From positions 480,750-544,749 of the forward strand of contig CP145883.1 in the NCBI GenBank assembly GCA_045689995.1: DNA of 64,000 nucleotides, in the 5' to 3' direction. This document shows, one piece after another, positions 33,466-46,039 of the stretch (its first letter is position 1; each line of letters opens with the position of its first letter). Origin of the DNA: Candidatus Dasytiphilus stammeri (GTDB taxonomy: Bacteria > Pseudomonadota > Gammaproteobacteria > Enterobacterales > Enterobacteriaceae). The translations under genes and the position numbers were made by a program. The notes under the pieces are model-generated. The model worked only from the letters and a program-made list of their open reading frames with translations. It searched no databases and was not told the origin of the DNA.

Positions 33466-34345
33466 ATTGAAGACATTTAGAATACTGTATTGATAATTGT
33501 GAAATCAATTTTATATAGCTAAATTGATTAATTTCTAAATTCATTCCTAATGGATCTAAAATGCTCTTTCGTACTTTTATTCCACGTATAACAGTATTAA
33601 CTACTTCAGGTTGAAATTGTGGTTCAATAAAAATACAAATAGCTTTTTTTTCAATTATTTTTTCCCTAATTTGATTTAAATGTTTTGCTCCAGGTTGTAT
33701 TTCAGAATTGACTGTAAAATATCCTAATGATGATAACCCATAAGATTTTTCAAAGTAACGATAAGCGTCATGAAAAGTGAAATAACCTCTACCGTGTAGA
33801 GGTAATAATCTCTGGCGAATTTTTATATCTATCTTCGATAAATTATCCATAAATTTAATTAAATTAATCTTTAATTGATATTTTTTATTAGGTATTATAA
33901 TTAATAATTTATTATATATAGCAATTGCTATTTGTTGTGCAATTGATGGAGATAACCAGAAATGTAAGTTAAAATTACTATGATGATTATCTCGGATCAA
34001 GAAAGATTGAATACTACTTAAATCTCCCAAAGATAAAATTTTTTGTACAGGTAATTGTGAAACGGGCTTTTTCATAAAATATTCCATTTCTGGACCTATC
34101 CAAATTAATAGATCCGCCTGACGAATTCGTTGAAAATCACTAGGATGTAAGCTATAATGATGTGGCGAAGCACCATTAGGTAAAATCACACCTAATGGAA
34201 TAATGCCATCTGTGATTGCGGCCGCGATAAAACCGATTGGTTTTATCGAAACTAATACCATTGCATTAACTTTAATAGGCAATGATAAAAATATAAAAAT
34301 CATGATATTAGATATGATAAAAAATATTGGTTTATTATTAAGCAT
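33464..34345 (-). CDS. znuA: Zinc ABC transporter periplasmic binding protein ZnuA
   Basis: 293 aa with a signal peptide and SIKPIGFIAAAITDG, HHYSLHPSD, LHFWLSP, FHDAY.YFE and EIQPGA.. blocks. Divergent from znuCB as in E. coli. Confidence 0.92.
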   Translation of the reverse strand: MLNNKPIFFIISNIMIFIFLSLPIKVNAMVLVSIKPIGFIAAAITDGIIPLGVILPNGASPHHYSLHPSDFQRIRQADLLIWIGPEMEYFMKKPVSQLPVQKILSLGDLSSIQSFLIRDNHHSNFNLHFWLSPSIAQQIAIAIYNKLLIIIPNKKYQLKINLIKFMDNLSKIDIKIRQRLLPLHGRGYFTFHDAYRYFEKSYGLSSLGYFTVNSEIQPGAKHLNQIREKIIEKKAICIFIEPQFQPEVVNTVIRGIKVRKSILDPLGMNLEINQFSYIKLISQLSIQYSKCLQ

Positions 34346-34366
34346 AGTGAGTAAAATCTCAGAAAG

Positions 34367-34385
34367 TTATCATTGATGATGATAA
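34367..34385. promoter_or_regulatory. Palindrome in the znuA/znuCB divergent spacer (candidate Zur operator)
   Basis: TTATCAT-tgatg-ATGATAA has perfect 7-bp arms, embedded in aaaGTTATcat...atgATAAaat. It resembles the GTTAT..ATAAC core of gammaproteobacterial Zur boxes and occupies the position of the E. coli Zur box. Confidence 0.3.
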
Positions 34386-34419
34386 AATATCATCTAATCA
34401 TTAGATTATTTAATATCTT

Positions 34420-35133
34420 ATGTCTATATTAATTAAAATGATAAAAATTTCAGTAAAATTAGGAACTCGCAAGATTTTATCTGATATTTCATTTCATCTT
34501 CAATCAGGACAAATATTAACGTTAATTGGACCAAATGGTGCAGGTAAGACTACGTTAATCCGAGTACTTTTAAGAATCATCAAACCTAGTTCAGGAAAGA
34601 TTGTAATTTCTCCACTATTACGGATAGGTTATGTACCACAAAATTTTTATCGAATTACATTACCTATTACAGTAAAACGATTTATGCAATTAAAATTAGG
34701 AGTAGAATCAACTGAAATTATAACAGCATTAAGATATGTACAAGCCGATAACTTAATTCATTATCCCATACAAAATCTTTCAGGTGGTGAAATACAACGG
34801 GTATTACTTGCTCGCGCTTTATTAAATAAACCACAATTATTAGTTCTTGACGAACCTACTCGAGGAGTAGATATTAACGGACAACTCACATTATATGAGT
34901 TAATAAATAAATTTAGATGGGATTTAAATTGTGGTATAATAATGGTATCACATGATTTAAATTTAGTAATGGCAAAAACTGATGAAGTATTATGTTTGAA
35001 TCAACACATTTGTTGCTCAGGAACACCTCATGATGTTTCTAGACATCCTGAATTTATAGCTATCTTCGGTAAGATAGCTGCGGAAAAATTAGCCATTTAC
35101 CATCATCATCATAACCATTCTCATGATTTCTAA
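34420..35133 (+). CDS. znuC: Zinc ABC transporter ATP-binding protein ZnuC
   Basis: 237 aa with Walker [26 protein letters not shown] and a His-rich C-terminus HHHHNHSHD as in E. coli ZnuC. Confidence 0.94.
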   Translation: MSILIKMIKISVKLGTRKILSDISFHLQSGQILTLIGPNGAGKTTLIRVLLRIIKPSSGKIVISPLLRIGYVPQNFYRITLPITVKRFMQLKLGVESTEIITALRYVQADNLIHYPIQNLSGGEIQRVLLARALLNKPQLLVLDEPTRGVDINGQLTLYELINKFRWDLNCGIIMVSHDLNLVMAKTDEVLCLNQHICCSGTPHDVSRHPEFIAIFGKIAAEKLAIYHHHHNHSHDF

Positions 35134-35153
35134 TCAACAAATTAGAACTTATA

Positions 35154-35945
35154 ATGATTAATTTACTCTTTCCTGGATGGCTAGCAGGGATCTTATTATC
35201 TATAGTAGCTGGACCTTTAGGTTCTTTCATTGTATGGAGAAAAATGTCTTATTTTGGAGAAACTTTAGCTCATGTGTCGCTACTTGGTGTTGCATTAAGT
35301 TTAATATTAAATATTAACCCTTTATTTTCAATAATCTCTATTACACTGATGTTCTCATTAATTTTAATTGTTTTGGAAAAGAAATTACCGCTGGCCATAG
35401 ATACTATATTAGGAATAATGGCACATAGCGCACTATCATTAGGCTTGTTTGTTATAAGTTTAACATCAAATATTAGAGTTGATTTAATGAATTATTTATT
35501 CGGTGATCTTCTTACGGTCAATCAACACGATCTTCTTAATATTGCTTTTAGTGTAATCATCGTCTTAGGATTTATTATATGGCAATGGAATCCATTGCTA
35601 TCCGTTACTATTAATTCAGAATTAGCACAGGTTGATGGCGTTCCAATTCAAAAATTAAAAATCCTCTTAATACTACTATTGACATTTACGATAGGCGTTG
35701 CTATTAAATATGTTGGAGCATTACTTATTACTTCTATGCTTATTATTCCAGCAGCTACAGCTCAAAGGTTTTCGCTATCTCCAGAGCAAATGGGAATGTT
35801 AGCGGTGATTATTAGCATGTTAGATGTAACAATAGGAATGCTTATTTCTGGTTATTATGATACCCCAGTAGGACCATCTATTGTAGTAACTGCAACTTTA
35901 ATATTTTTTATAAGTTTAATAATTAAAAGTAAAATAAGTATGTAA
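35154..35945 (+). CDS. znuB: Zinc ABC transporter permease ZnuB
   Basis: 263 aa. [40 protein letters not shown] matches E. coli [40 protein letters not shown]. Confidence 0.95.
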   Translation: MINLLFPGWLAGILLSIVAGPLGSFIVWRKMSYFGETLAHVSLLGVALSLILNINPLFSIISITLMFSLILIVLEKKLPLAIDTILGIMAHSALSLGLFVISLTSNIRVDLMNYLFGDLLTVNQHDLLNIAFSVIIVLGFIIWQWNPLLSVTINSELAQVDGVPIQKLKILLILLLTFTIGVAIKYVGALLITSMLIIPAATAQRFSLSPEQMGMLAVIISMLDVTIGMLISGYYDTPVGPSIVVTATLIFFISLIIKSKISM

Positions 35946-35961
35946 AAAAATCCTCGTAATT

Positions 35962-36966
35962 TTATTGACGACTAATTCCAAAGTGATTATAAGCGTACTG
36001 AGTTACAATTCGACCACGTGGAGTGCGTTGAAGATAGCCCTGTTGAATTAAAAATGGTTCTACTATATATTCAAGAGTATCTTTTTCTTCTCCAAGTGCT
36101 GCTGCTAAATTATCTAGCCCAACTGGACCACCAGTAAATTTATCAATAATAGTCCATAATAATTTACGATCCATATAATCAAAACCTTGTGCATCAACAT
36201 TCAACATGTCTAACGCTTGTATAGCAATTTCACCATTCAAATTTCCTGAAGCATGAACATCGGCAAAATCACGTACCCTGCGTAATAATCTATTAGCAAT
36301 ACGAGGTGTACCTCGTGCACGTCTTGCAATTTCTTGCATTCCATCTTCAGTTAAATTTACTCCTAAATAAATTGCATTACGACGCACAATTTGTTGTAAA
36401 TCAGTTACGGGATAAAATTCCAAACGTTGTATTATACCAAAACGATCACGTAATGGAGAAGTCAATGATCCTGCTTTAGTAGTTGCACCAATTAGAGTAA
36501 ATGGAGGAAGATCTAATTTTATGGAACGAGCTGCTGGTCCTTCTCCTATCAGAATATCTAATTGATAATCTTCCATAGCTGGATAAAGAATTTCCTCTAT
36601 TACTGGTGATAATCTATGAATCTCATCAATGAATAGTACATCATGTAAATCTAAATTAGTCAAAATTGCTGCTAAATCACCGGCTTTTTCCAAGACAGGA
36701 CCAGAGGTAGTTCGTAAATTTACTTCCATTTCATTAGCAATAATATTAGCTAGAGTAGTTTTACCTAGTCCAGGAGGACCTAAAATTAATAAATGATCTA
36801 ATGCATCTTTCCGCATTTTGGCGGCCTTTATGAAAATTTCCATTTGAGTTCTTACTTTTTGCTGACCTATGTATTCTAAAAGTAATTTGGGACGAATGGC
36901 CCGATCTTTAACTTGTTTAATTGAGCTTTTTATGGCTTCAGCAGAAATTAGACGCTCCATTTTCAT
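35962..36966 (-). CDS. ruvB: Holliday junction branch migration ATPase RuvB
   Basis: 334 aa with [19 protein letters not shown] and [18 protein letters not shown] motifs. Confidence 0.97.
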   Translation of the reverse strand: MKMERLISAEAIKSSIKQVKDRAIRPKLLLEYIGQQKVRTQMEIFIKAAKMRKDALDHLLILGPPGLGKTTLANIIANEMEVNLRTTSGPVLEKAGDLAAILTNLDLHDVLFIDEIHRLSPVIEEILYPAMEDYQLDILIGEGPAARSIKLDLPPFTLIGATTKAGSLTSPLRDRFGIIQRLEFYPVTDLQQIVRRNAIYLGVNLTEDGMQEIARRARGTPRIANRLLRRVRDFADVHASGNLNGEIAIQALDMLNVDAQGFDYMDRKLLWTIIDKFTGGPVGLDNLAAALGEEKDTLEYIVEPFLIQQGYLQRTPRGRIVTQYAYNHFGISRQ

Positions 36967-36973
36967 GGTGACC

Positions 36974-37594
36974 TTATAAAGTAGTTACTCGTAATGCTTC
37001 ACGAATTAGAGTTTCACAATCAGCATCAGTATTATTTTTAATATTTCGGATCATTTTAGTTGCTTCTTGAGGCTTATAACCTAATGCTATCAAAGCAGAA
37101 GTAGCTTCAATTTCCGCTTTACTAATAATAAGATTATTAGCAGCCAATGGAAGTGTGTTTTCCTTATTTGGAGTAAATAAATTACTTGGTATATCGCTCA
37201 GACTATCTTTCATTTCAATAACTAATCGTTCAGCAGTTTTTTTACCGACACCTGGAAGTTTTATAAGATTATTAATTTCATTATTACTTATAGCTGAGAT
37301 AAACTGTTGTGAAGACATGCTTGATAGAATAGATAATGCTAACTTGGGCCCTACCCCAGTTACCTTAATTAATTTGCGAAATAATGTTCTTTCTTGTTTA
37401 TGGTTAAAACCAAATAATAACTGTGCATCCTCACGCACTAAAAAATGTGTAAAAATTATTACTTCACTATTAATTTGAGGAAGTAAATAAAAACACGTCA
37501 TAGGCATATTAACCTCATAACTGATACCATTTACCTCAATTAAAATTTGAGGGGGAAGTTTTTCAATAATCATCCCTCTGATACGTCCTATCAC
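36974..37594 (-). CDS. ruvA: Holliday junction DNA-binding protein RuvA
   Basis: 206 aa with [24 protein letters not shown] and [12 protein letters not shown] HhH motifs. Confidence 0.95.
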   Translation of the reverse strand: MIGRIRGMIIEKLPPQILIEVNGISYEVNMPMTCFYLLPQINSEVIIFTHFLVREDAQLLFGFNHKQERTLFRKLIKVTGVGPKLALSILSSMSSQQFISAISNNEINNLIKLPGVGKKTAERLVIEMKDSLSDIPSNLFTPNKENTLPLAANNLIISKAEIEATSALIALGYKPQEATKMIRNIKNNTDADCETLIREALRVTTL

Positions 37595-37629
37595 TATAAA
37601 TTCCTTTATAATTAGCCATTATAAATCAC

Positions 37630-38139
37630 CTAATAATTGGTGATAGAGAAGATTTTATTAAAACGAGTTAGATTCTCAATCATATGGCAATGTGTAATAG
37701 CTATAGCTAAGGCATCCGCGGCATCATGCGGAGGCATTACTGATAATTTTAACAAAATTCTTACCATGTGTTGTACTTGATCTTTATCAGCTCCACCATT
37801 ACCAACTACAGTTTTTTTTACCTTTTTGGCGGCATATTCAAATACTTGTAAATGATTATTCACTGCACAAACCATAGCAGCACCCCTAGCTTCACCTAAT
37901 TTTAATGCTGAATTAGCATTTTTAGCTATAAAAACCTGCTCAATAGCTAATATTGTAGGGCTAAATTTACTAATAATACTATTGATTCCAAAATAAATTA
38001 ATTTCAGACGTAAAGCTAAGCTTTCTCCTTTAGTACGGATACATCCACTTCCTAAATAATGAATAATTTTATCTTGTTTATGGATAATACCATATCCAGT
38101 AATTCTTAATCCCGGATCAATACCTAAAATAGTCACCAT
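37630..38139 (-). CDS. ruvC: Holliday junction resolvase RuvC
   Basis: 169 aa. The catalytic contexts GIDPG (D7), AIEQVF (E66) and [10 protein letters not shown] (D138/D141) are conserved. Confidence 0.95.
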   Translation of the reverse strand: MVTILGIDPGLRITGYGIIHKQDKIIHYLGSGCIRTKGESLALRLKLIYFGINSIISKFSPTILAIEQVFIAKNANSALKLGEARGAAMVCAVNNHLQVFEYAAKKVKKTVVGNGGADKDQVQHMVRILLKLSVMPPHDAADALAIAITHCHMIENLTRFNKIFSITNY

Positions 38140-38153
38140 TAAGTATCCTTGTT

Positions 38154-38903
38154 TTAAATTATTGAGTTTCTAACGTGGCTGCGAGGTTTTTCCCAATTAT
38201 GATAAACTTCTTGTACATCATCATCATCTTCAAGAAATTCGATCAACTTGATTATTTGATGAACGATTAATTCATTATCTATACTAATTTTAACTTTTGG
38301 AAACATAATAATTTCAGTATTTTGGTATTTAAATCCATCTTTTTTTAAAAGATTAATCACTGTACTCAATGCTGAAGGTGCTATAATGATATTAATTCTC
38401 CCATCATTGAGTAATACGATATCTTCAGCCCCGGCTTTTAATGCACTATTTATCATCAGATCTTCATTGATTCCTGGAGGATAAGATATTAATCCTTTTT
38501 CAATAAATAAATATGAAACCGAACCAACAGTTCCTAGAATACCACCATATTTTACAAAAGCATTACGCACCATTGAAACCGTACGATTGCGATTCTCAGT
38601 AAGACACTTCACTAGAAAAGCAGTACCACCCGGACCATAACCTTCATATATTATAGTTTCTAATTTATTAGTATCTTGACAGCTACCTCTAATAATTGCC
38701 CGATTAATAATTTCCCAATTCATATTATTGGCTAAGGCTTTATCTACAACCGCCCTTAAACGTGGATTATAAGTAGAATCGCTCCCACCATTTTTTGTAG
38801 CAATTACTAGTTCTCGAATCAGTTTTGAAAAAATTTTACTACGTTTAGCATCTTGAAGAGCTTTACGATGTTTAGTATTAGACCATTTACTATGACCTGA
38901 CAT
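38154..38903 (-). CDS. yebC: YebC/PmpR family transcriptional regulator
   Basis: The ATG at 38901-38903 ([25 protein letters not shown]) aligns with E. coli [25 protein letters not shown]. The ORF extension to 38960 is non-homologous. Confidence 0.93.
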   Translation of the reverse strand: MSGHSKWSNTKHRKALQDAKRSKIFSKLIRELVIATKNGGSDSTYNPRLRAVVDKALANNMNWEIINRAIIRGSCQDTNKLETIIYEGYGPGGTAFLVKCLTENRNRTVSMVRNAFVKYGGILGTVGSVSYLFIEKGLISYPPGINEDLMINSALKAGAEDIVLLNDGRINIIIAPSALSTVINLLKKDGFKYQNTEIIMFPKVKISIDNELIVHQIIKLIEFLEDDDDVQEVYHNWEKPRSHVRNSII

Positions 38904-38969
38904 AGATTCTCCACTACCCAATCTAATTAATATTTTACCTATTCTAGGTAGGTTCTCCAATTAAGCCAA

Positions 38970-40679
38970 TTAAATCATCTTACTAGGAGCATTTGTCATT
39001 AAACAAGCTGCCGCAGTACTTTTTGGAAAAGCAATCACATCTCTAATGTGATTAGTATCAGTAAGCAACATAATCAGACGATCTAATCCGCATGCGATCC
39101 CAGCATGCGGTGGAGTTCCATATTGAAGAGCTTCCAAAATGAATCCGAATTTTTCATTCTGCTCTTGTTGATTAATTCCCAGAATCAAAAAAACCGCTTG
39201 TTGTATCTTAAAATTATCAATTCTTACTGATCCACTACCAATTTCATAACCATTGATAACTAAATCATAAGCATCTGCTATAATATTTTCAGGAGTTAAC
39301 AACAACTCCTCCAGAGTAGTATTACAAGGAGCTGTAAAAGGATGATGCATAGTAGTTAATGTATCTGTGTTATCTTTTCTAAACAGAGGAAAATCAACTA
39401 TCCACAAAGGAGCCCACAAATTTTCATCAATTAATTTTAAGTCATAACCTACTTTTAAACGGATACTTGCTAGCTTATTTGAAACTTCGCTAGCTTTACC
39501 TGCACAAACAAATAAAAGATCTCCTTCTTGTGCTTTGGCTATTAACAAGATTTTTGTGATAAAATCTTGAGATAAAAAATTACTTATGGGACCAAAACCT
39601 TGCAGTTTACCTTGATAAATTTGAACCTTTATCCAAGTTATTTCTATTCCACAAGATTCTTGAATCATACTATATTCCTCAATTTGTTGATTACTCAGTA
39701 TCATTCCCCCTGGAATTCTAAGAAAGGTAAATCTTTCTACTAGTAGATTCTGATTGTTATTACTTATATAATGAGCTTCATTTTCCAGCTCCATAATTTC
39801 TGTAAGTTCTAGAGGATTACGTAAATCTGGTTTATCTGAACCATAGCGTTGTATAGCTTCTTTAAAAGTAAGAATAGGAAAAATTCCTAAATCAATTTTT
39901 TTAATTTCCTTCCATAATTCTCTCAGCAGATTTTCTATAATCTGGCGTACTCCAACTGCAGAGACAAAAGACATTTCTATATCTAGCTGAGTAAATTCAG
40001 GTTGGCGATCAATTCTTAAATCTTCATCACGAAAACATTTTACAATTTGATAATAACGATCGAATCCTGCCATCATTAATAATTGCTTAAAAAGTTGTGG
40101 TGATTGAGGAAGTGCATAGTATTTATCTTTATGTACTCTACTTGGAACTAAATAATCACGTGCTCCTTCTGGAGTTGCCTTAGTAAGCATAGGTGTTTCA
40201 ATATCTATAAAACCCTTGGTTTCCAGAAAATGCCGCAAAAAACTAGTAATTTTAGCTCGACTCCGTAATATTTGTGCCATCTCAAAACGACGTAAATCTA
40301 GATAACGATATTTTAAGCGTGCTGATTCACTATTATTTTTTTTTAGATCTATAGGTAATGGAATAGCACTATTAAAAATTTTCATTGCTTTAGCATGAAC
40401 TTCTATGAATCCACTTGCCATGTGTTTATTAATATTTGGTTTACTTCGTACACAAACGATTCCTTTTACTTGAATACAAAATTCATTTCGTAATTTAGTA
40501 GCCTGTTTAAAAATTTGATGATCTTTAGATAGAAAAAAAATTTGAACCACACCTTCACAATCCCGTAAATCTATAAAAATTAATTTTCCTAAATTACGAT
40601 AACTATTAACCCAGCCACATAGAGTGACTTCTTCACCAATATTAGTAATTTTAAGATGTCCGCAATATCTAGTTCGCAT
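38970..40679 (-). CDS. aspS: Aspartate--tRNA ligase
   Basis: 569 aa with [18 protein letters not shown], class II motifs ([33 protein letters not shown]). About 20 aa shorter than E. coli AspS. Confidence 0.96.
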   Translation of the reverse strand: MRTRYCGHLKITNIGEEVTLCGWVNSYRNLGKLIFIDLRDCEGVVQIFFLSKDHQIFKQATKLRNEFCIQVKGIVCVRSKPNINKHMASGFIEVHAKAMKIFNSAIPLPIDLKKNNSESARLKYRYLDLRRFEMAQILRSRAKITSFLRHFLETKGFIDIETPMLTKATPEGARDYLVPSRVHKDKYYALPQSPQLFKQLLMMAGFDRYYQIVKCFRDEDLRIDRQPEFTQLDIEMSFVSAVGVRQIIENLLRELWKEIKKIDLGIFPILTFKEAIQRYGSDKPDLRNPLELTEIMELENEAHYISNNNQNLLVERFTFLRIPGGMILSNQQIEEYSMIQESCGIEITWIKVQIYQGKLQGFGPISNFLSQDFITKILLIAKAQEGDLLFVCAGKASEVSNKLASIRLKVGYDLKLIDENLWAPLWIVDFPLFRKDNTDTLTTMHHPFTAPCNTTLEELLLTPENIIADAYDLVINGYEIGSGSVRIDNFKIQQAVFLILGINQQEQNEKFGFILEALQYGTPPHAGIACGLDRLIMLLTDTNHIRDVIAFPKSTAAACLMTNAPSKMI

Positions 40680-40853
40680 AACATTTTCCTTGCACTTACA
40701 ATTACCACTTTCAGATAACGCATCAATATAAAAGAAATAGTATATAATATATAATAGTGTATAATAATTGGCTTTAATACTGAGATAATAAATTTATCTT
40801 AGGTAGCATCTTTATAAGAGTATGATTATTGATTAATAAGAGAAATTAATTCT

Positions 40854-41585
40854 ATGTTATACCGTGATACACTATTTTCTTCATTAATAGTTAATCCTCT
40901 TAATTGGCAATTTGACTCTCAAGTTGCAAAAGTTTTTCCTGATATGATGAAACGATCAGTGCCGGGATATTTAACTCTAGTTTCAATGATTGGAAAAATG
41001 GCGAAACAATTTGTGCAAAATAATACCTATATTTATGATATAGGGTGTTCTCTTGGAGCTGTAACCTTTTCAATAGTTAAAAATTTACGTGTGGCCGGTT
41101 GTAAAATCATTGCTATTGATAATTCACCAGCTATGATTGCGGAATGTAAAAAAAAACTGAATAAGTATAAATTAAAAACATCTATTGAAATTGTCGAAGC
41201 TAATATATGTAATATCAACATTAAAAATGCTTCATTAGTAGTCTTAAATTTTACTTTACAATTTATTCCTCCAGATGAACGTAATGAGATTTTAACTAAA
41301 ATTTATCATGGTCTTAATACTGGAGGTGCGCTAATTTTATCAGAGAAATTTCATTTTGCTGATGATAAAATAGAAAAACTCATGTTGATCTGGCATCATA
41401 ATTTCAAAAAGACTAATGGTTATAGTGAATTAGAAATTAGTCAGAAACGCACTATGCTAAAAAATATTATGCTAACAGATACTATCGAAAATCACAAAAA
41501 AAAACTATCTGATACCGGATTTACACATACTGAACTTTGGTATCAGTATTTTAACTTTGGTTCTTTTATTGCAATAAAAACATGA
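40854..41585 (+). CDS. cmoA: Carboxy-S-adenosyl-L-methionine synthase
   Basis: 243 aa with [42 protein letters not shown] and [12 protein letters not shown]. Colinear with E. coli CmoA. Confidence 0.94.
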   Translation: MLYRDTLFSSLIVNPLNWQFDSQVAKVFPDMMKRSVPGYLTLVSMIGKMAKQFVQNNTYIYDIGCSLGAVTFSIVKNLRVAGCKIIAIDNSPAMIAECKKKLNKYKLKTSIEIVEANICNINIKNASLVVLNFTLQFIPPDERNEILTKIYHGLNTGGALILSEKFHFADDKIEKLMLIWHHNFKKTNGYSELEISQKRTMLKNIMLTDTIENHKKKLSDTGFTHTELWYQYFNFGSFIAIKT

Positions 41586-42562
41586 TTAACTTTATACCTT
41601 TTTATCAATTAATTATACATAATCGACTAATTAATTGGTTAGATACCTTACCTGGACAGCTGAGTAATTTTAAAAAAAATTTTTTACACTGTTCTTTAAA
41701 AAAATGGGTCAATAACCTTGAAACTATACCAATTATAGTTCCCGAATATTTAGATCTAAAAAATAGTATTACTGCTCTTATCAATAGTTCGATATTATCG
41801 GATTCTAATTTACAGACTACTAAAATTGAAAATCTGTTACGAAAATTTATGCCTTGGCGTAAAGGTCCATTTTATTTATATGGTATTGATATTGATAGCG
41901 AATGGCGTTCTGATTGGAAATGGCAGCGACTATTAACGCATATTTCTTCACTTTCAGAACGTTTAGTATTAGATGTTGGTTGTGGAAATGGTTATTATCT
42001 CTGGCGAATGCTTGGAGCAGGTGCTAAATTAGCTATAGGAATTGATCCACAACCGTTATTTTTATTTCAGTTTGAAGCTATCAGAAAACTCTTAGGAAAT
42101 GAACAACGAGCCAATGTATTACCTCTTACTCTTGAACAAATACCTCCTCTCAAAGCTTTTGATACTGTATTTTCTATGGGTGTACTCTATCATCGAAAAT
42201 CCCCTATAGATCATTTACTACAATTAAAAAACCAACTCGTTTATGGGGGTGAATTAGTATTAGAGACTCTAATTATCAATGGTAATGATAATCAAGTACT
42301 GATGCCAAACCAAAAATATGCAAGAATGCGTAATGTTTGGTTTATACCTTCGGCTAATGCCCTTAAGATTTGGTTAAATAGATGTGGTTTTAAAGAAATT
42401 AGTTTAGTCAATAGTACTATTACGACTAATAAAGAACAACATTGTACTAGTTGGGCTAAGTCAGTATCTTTATCTGAATGTCTAGATACTAACGATCAGA
42501 GTAAAACTATAGAAGGTTATCCAGCACCAGTGCGTGCTATAATAATTGCTAAAAATCAATAA
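41582..42562 (+). CDS. cmoB: tRNA U34 carboxymethyltransferase
   Basis: 326 aa. Its ATGA start overlaps the cmoA stop. Contains [28 protein letters not shown] and MGVLYHR blocks. Confidence 0.93.
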   Translation: MINFIPFYQLIIHNRLINWLDTLPGQLSNFKKNFLHCSLKKWVNNLETIPIIVPEYLDLKNSITALINSSILSDSNLQTTKIENLLRKFMPWRKGPFYLYGIDIDSEWRSDWKWQRLLTHISSLSERLVLDVGCGNGYYLWRMLGAGAKLAIGIDPQPLFLFQFEAIRKLLGNEQRANVLPLTLEQIPPLKAFDTVFSMGVLYHRKSPIDHLLQLKNQLVYGGELVLETLIINGNDNQVLMPNQKYARMRNVWFIPSANALKIWLNRCGFKEISLVNSTITTNKEQHCTSWAKSVSLSECLDTNDQSKTIEGYPAPVRAIIIAKNQ

Positions 42563-42643
42563 GAGATAAAATATCTATTTTAAGATGTAACATTAGTGAA
42601 AATTTAATACCTATTAATTAGTTAACTTAGCAGATCAAACAAA

Positions 42644-44368
42644 ATGAATCTTAAAAAACTTATTCATCACCGAATTAACAAGGCAATGATCGCATCTGGG
42701 ATTACGGATAAAGAATGTAAAATTAAGCTATCCCAATCACTTCGAAATCAATTTGGTCATTACCAAGTAAATGGTCTTTTTGCTCTCGCCAAAAAATTAA
42801 AACTTCAACCACAAAATTTAGCAGATCAGATTATTAGAAAATTAAAAATTAGTGATATTGCTAGTAAAGTAAGTATTGCTAATTCTGGATATATCAATAT
42901 ATATATTGATCGTATATGGATGGCACATCAATTAAATACTATCTGGATGTTACCTAATTTAGGTATTGAAAAAGTAACCCCTAAAATTGTAGTAATAGAC
43001 TATTCAGCACCCAATGTTGCTAAAGAAATGCACGTAGGTCATCTCCGTTCTACCATCATAGGTGATGCTAGTGCCCGTACTTTAACCTTGCTAGGATATA
43101 ATGTAATTAGAGCTAATCATATAGGTGATTGGGGTATGCAATTTGGCATGTTAATAGCAATATTAGATCAATCTTACCATTCGAATTTATCATTGCAAGA
43201 TTTAGAAGAATTATATCGTCAAGCTAAATATAAATATAAAAATGATGAAAATTTTGCGAAACTCGCTCGAAATAATCTCGTAAAATTACAGCATGGGGAT
43301 CCATACTGTCTAAAGTTATGGAAAAAAATTGTAGATCTATCTATGAAACATAATCAAGTTTTATATCAACGTCTCAATGTATCTTTAACGAGTAAAGATA
43401 TAATGGGCGAAAGTATATATAATAAGATGTTACCTATGATTATTTCCGATTTAAAAGAAAAAAACCTCGCAGTAGAAGATCAAGGAGCTGTTGTAGTTTT
43501 TTTAGATGAATTTAAAAATAAACAAGGTAACCCTATGGGAGTTATTATACAAAAAAAAGATGGCGGTTACCTATATACAACTACCGATATAGCATGTGCA
43601 AAATATCGATATGAAACATTACATGCCGATCGAATTATTTACTATATTGATTCTCGTCAACACCAACATTTGAAGCAAGTTTGGACTATTGTTCGTAAAG
43701 CTGGTTATGTTCCTGAATCTATCTCAGTAGAACACCATATGTTCGGGATGATGTTAAATAAAAACCATAAACCATTTCAAACCCGTACGGGAAATAATAT
43801 TAAATTGTCAGAAATGTTAGATGAGGCTATTGCTCGTGCTCAAAATATAATATCATTAAAGAATCCCTCGATTTCTTCAGAGGAACAGCAAAAATTAGCT
43901 AAGATTATTGGTATTGGTGCACTAAAATATGCCGATCTATCTAAAAATAGGATGACTGATTATGTATTTGATTGGAATCAAATGCTATCTTTTGATGGTA
44001 ATACAGCTCCTTATATCCAGTATGCTTATACTCGTGCGATGTCAATATTTCGCCGAGCGGCAATTAATGAATCTCATCTCATCCATGCTATAAAAATTAG
44101 TAATGATTGTGAAACCATGTTAGCAGTACGTCTACTGCAATTTAATGAAACACTAGTACAAGTCGCCAATAATGGAACTCCACATATTATGTGTGCCTAT
44201 CTCTATAATTTAGCAAGTTTATTCTCTAATTTTTATGAGAATTATTCCATACTTTCAATCTCACATGAAAAAATACAACACAGCCGTTTAAAACTAGTCT
44301 TACTAACCGCTAAGATCTTGAAAAAAGGATTAGAAACCTTGGGTATTGAAACCGTTGAATATATGTAA
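42644..44368 (+). CDS. argS: Arginine--tRNA ligase
   Basis: 574 aa with [21 protein letters not shown] (HIGH-type motif), HIGDWG.QFGML and a C-terminal anticodon-binding domain ending ...ETVEYM. Confidence 0.96.
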   Translation: MNLKKLIHHRINKAMIASGITDKECKIKLSQSLRNQFGHYQVNGLFALAKKLKLQPQNLADQIIRKLKISDIASKVSIANSGYINIYIDRIWMAHQLNTIWMLPNLGIEKVTPKIVVIDYSAPNVAKEMHVGHLRSTIIGDASARTLTLLGYNVIRANHIGDWGMQFGMLIAILDQSYHSNLSLQDLEELYRQAKYKYKNDENFAKLARNNLVKLQHGDPYCLKLWKKIVDLSMKHNQVLYQRLNVSLTSKDIMGESIYNKMLPMIISDLKEKNLAVEDQGAVVVFLDEFKNKQGNPMGVIIQKKDGGYLYTTTDIACAKYRYETLHADRIIYYIDSRQHQHLKQVWTIVRKAGYVPESISVEHHMFGMMLNKNHKPFQTRTGNNIKLSEMLDEAIARAQNIISLKNPSISSEEQQKLAKIIGIGALKYADLSKNRMTDYVFDWNQMLSFDGNTAPYIQYAYTRAMSIFRRAAINESHLIHAIKISNDCETMLAVRLLQFNETLVQVANNGTPHIMCAYLYNLASLFSNFYENYSILSISHEKIQHSRLKLVLLTAKILKKGLETLGIETVEYM

Positions 44369-44392
44369 CAGTTAGGTTAATTACAACATCAA

Positions 44393-44483
44393 GGTGAGGT
44401 GTCCGAGTGGCTTAAGGAGCATGCTTGGAAAGTGTGTATACGATAAATTCGTATCGAGGGTTCGAATCCCTCCCTCACCGCCA
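44393..44483 (+). tRNA. serX: tRNA-Ser (anticodon GGA), CCA encoded
   Basis: GGTGAGGTGTCCGAGTGGCTTAAGGAGCATGCTTGGAAAGTGTGTATACGATAAATTCGTATCGAGGGTTCGAATCCCTCCCTCACCGCCA. It has a 7-bp acceptor stem, the anticodon loop TTGGAAA, a long variable arm and a GGTTCGAATCC T-arm. It is near-identical in its stems to E. coli serW/serX. The symbol is chosen from the neighbourhood to putP. Confidence 0.93.
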
Positions 44484-44554
44484 TATTGAGATTAATTTAA
44501 GTAATTAAAAACAAAGATTATCAAACCTTTAAAATAAAATTTTAAAGTTGAAAA

Positions 44555-46039
44555 CTATTCTGAATTATATTCAGCCTTAGCTTCCATAAAGCGATGGATA
44601 ATCTGATTTGATGGTTTCCTATCAAATAAACTAACAATCAATATTGAAAGAGTAGCTAATATAAATCCTGGAATAATTTCATAAAGACCTAACCATGCAT
44701 ATTGTTTCCATATTAATACTGTTAAGGTACCTATTAACATCCCTGCTAGAGCGCCATTACGTGTCATGCGAGACCAGATTACTGATAGTAAGATTACTGG
44801 TCCAAAAGCTGCTCCAAAACCAGCCCAAGCATAACTTACCAGACCAAGAACGCGATTTTCAGGATTAACAGCAATTTTAATAGAAACTAATGCTACTAGT
44901 AACACCATCATTCTACCAATCCAAACCATTTCTCGTTGGGTCGCTCGTTTTCTAAAAAAAGCTCTATAGATATCTTCTGTTAATGCACTTGCAGATACTA
45001 ATAATTGACAACTAAGAGTAGACATAATAGTAGCTAAAATCGCCGAAAATAGTATACCTGCCATCCATGAATTAAACAATAAACGTGTTAATTCAATAAA
45101 TACTCGTTCACTATTTTCTAAGACCCTAGTTGATTGCTCGGGGTGAATTTGAAAATAAGCAATACTAAAAAAACCTATTGCCACAGCTCCGAATAAACAT
45201 AAGATCATCCAAGTCATACTAATAATACGGGCCTTACGAATTGTATGATGAGAATCGGCCGCCATAAAACGTGCTAAAATATGCGGCTGGCCAAAATAAC
45301 CTAATCCCCAACTAAGTAATGAAATAATTGCTATCCAGTTAAGACCACTTAACATATTAATATATTCAAGATTTTTTATAGCAATCGCCTGGATTGAATT
45401 ACTTATACCTCCATTATCTATGATAACCATAATGGGCGTGAAAATTAAAGCAAAAATCATTAAACTAGCCTGTATAGTATCTGTCCAACTAACTGCTAAA
45501 AAACCACCCATAAAAGTATAAATAATAGTAGCAGCCGCTCCTAACCATAGTGAGAAATTATAACTGAAACCAAATGTGCTTTCAAAAAGTCTGGCTCCAG
45601 CAACAATACCAGACGCACAATAAATTGTAAAAAAGATTAGAATGATTAATGCAGATATAAGTCGTAACATTTTACTATGATCTTCAAAACGACTAGTAAA
45701 ATAATCTGGTAAAGTTAGAGAATTACCATGAACTTCAGTGTGAATACGTAATCTAGCTGCTACTAGTTTCCAATTTAAATAGGCACCAATAGCCAAACCA
45801 ATCGCGATCCAACTTTCAGAAATCCCAAAGATGAAAACTGCTCCAGGTAGTCCCATTAACAACCAGCCACTCATATCAGATGCTCCCGCAGATAAGGCGG
45901 TAACTAAACTTCCTAGTCGGCGTCCTCCTAAAATATAGTCGTCAAAATTTTTTGTAGACCTCCAGGCAATAAATCCGATAAATAATATGACAAAAATATA
46001 AATAAAAAAAGTAACTAACATTGGTATACTTATGACCAT
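44555..46039 (-). CDS. putP: Sodium/proline symporter
   Basis: 494 aa. PMLVTFFIYIFVILFIGFIAWRSTKNFDDYILGGR matches E. coli PMLVTFCVYIFGMILIGFIAWRSTKNFDDYILGGR. It is colinear throughout. Confidence 0.96.
   Translation of the reverse strand: MVISIPMLVTFFIYIFVILFIGFIAWRSTKNFDDYILGGRRLGSLVTALSAGASDMSGWLLMGLPGAVFIFGISESWIAIGLAIGAYLNWKLVAARLRIHTEVHGNSLTLPDYFTSRFEDHSKMLRLISALIILIFFTIYCASGIVAGARLFESTFGFSYNFSLWLGAAATIIYTFMGGFLAVSWTDTIQASLMIFALIFTPIMVIIDNGGISNSIQAIAIKNLEYINMLSGLNWIAIISLLSWGLGYFGQPHILARFMAADSHHTIRKARIISMTWMILCLFGAVAIGFFSIAYFQIHPEQSTRVLENSERVFIELTRLLFNSWMAGILFSAILATIMSTLSCQLLVSASALTEDIYRAFFRKRATQREMVWIGRMMVLLVALVSIKIAVNPENRVLGLVSYAWAGFGAAFGPVILLSVIWSRMTRNGALAGMLIGTLTVLIWKQYAWLGLYEIIPGFILATLSILIVSLFDRKPSNQIIHRFMEAKAEYNSE

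Noticed and set aside
44527-44547. The hairpin CTTTAAAAT-aaa-ATTTTAAAG between tRNA-Ser and the putP 3' end.
   Set aside because: The 9-bp stem has a single G-C pair and no adjacent U-run. It may act as a terminator, but the sequence alone does not support that.
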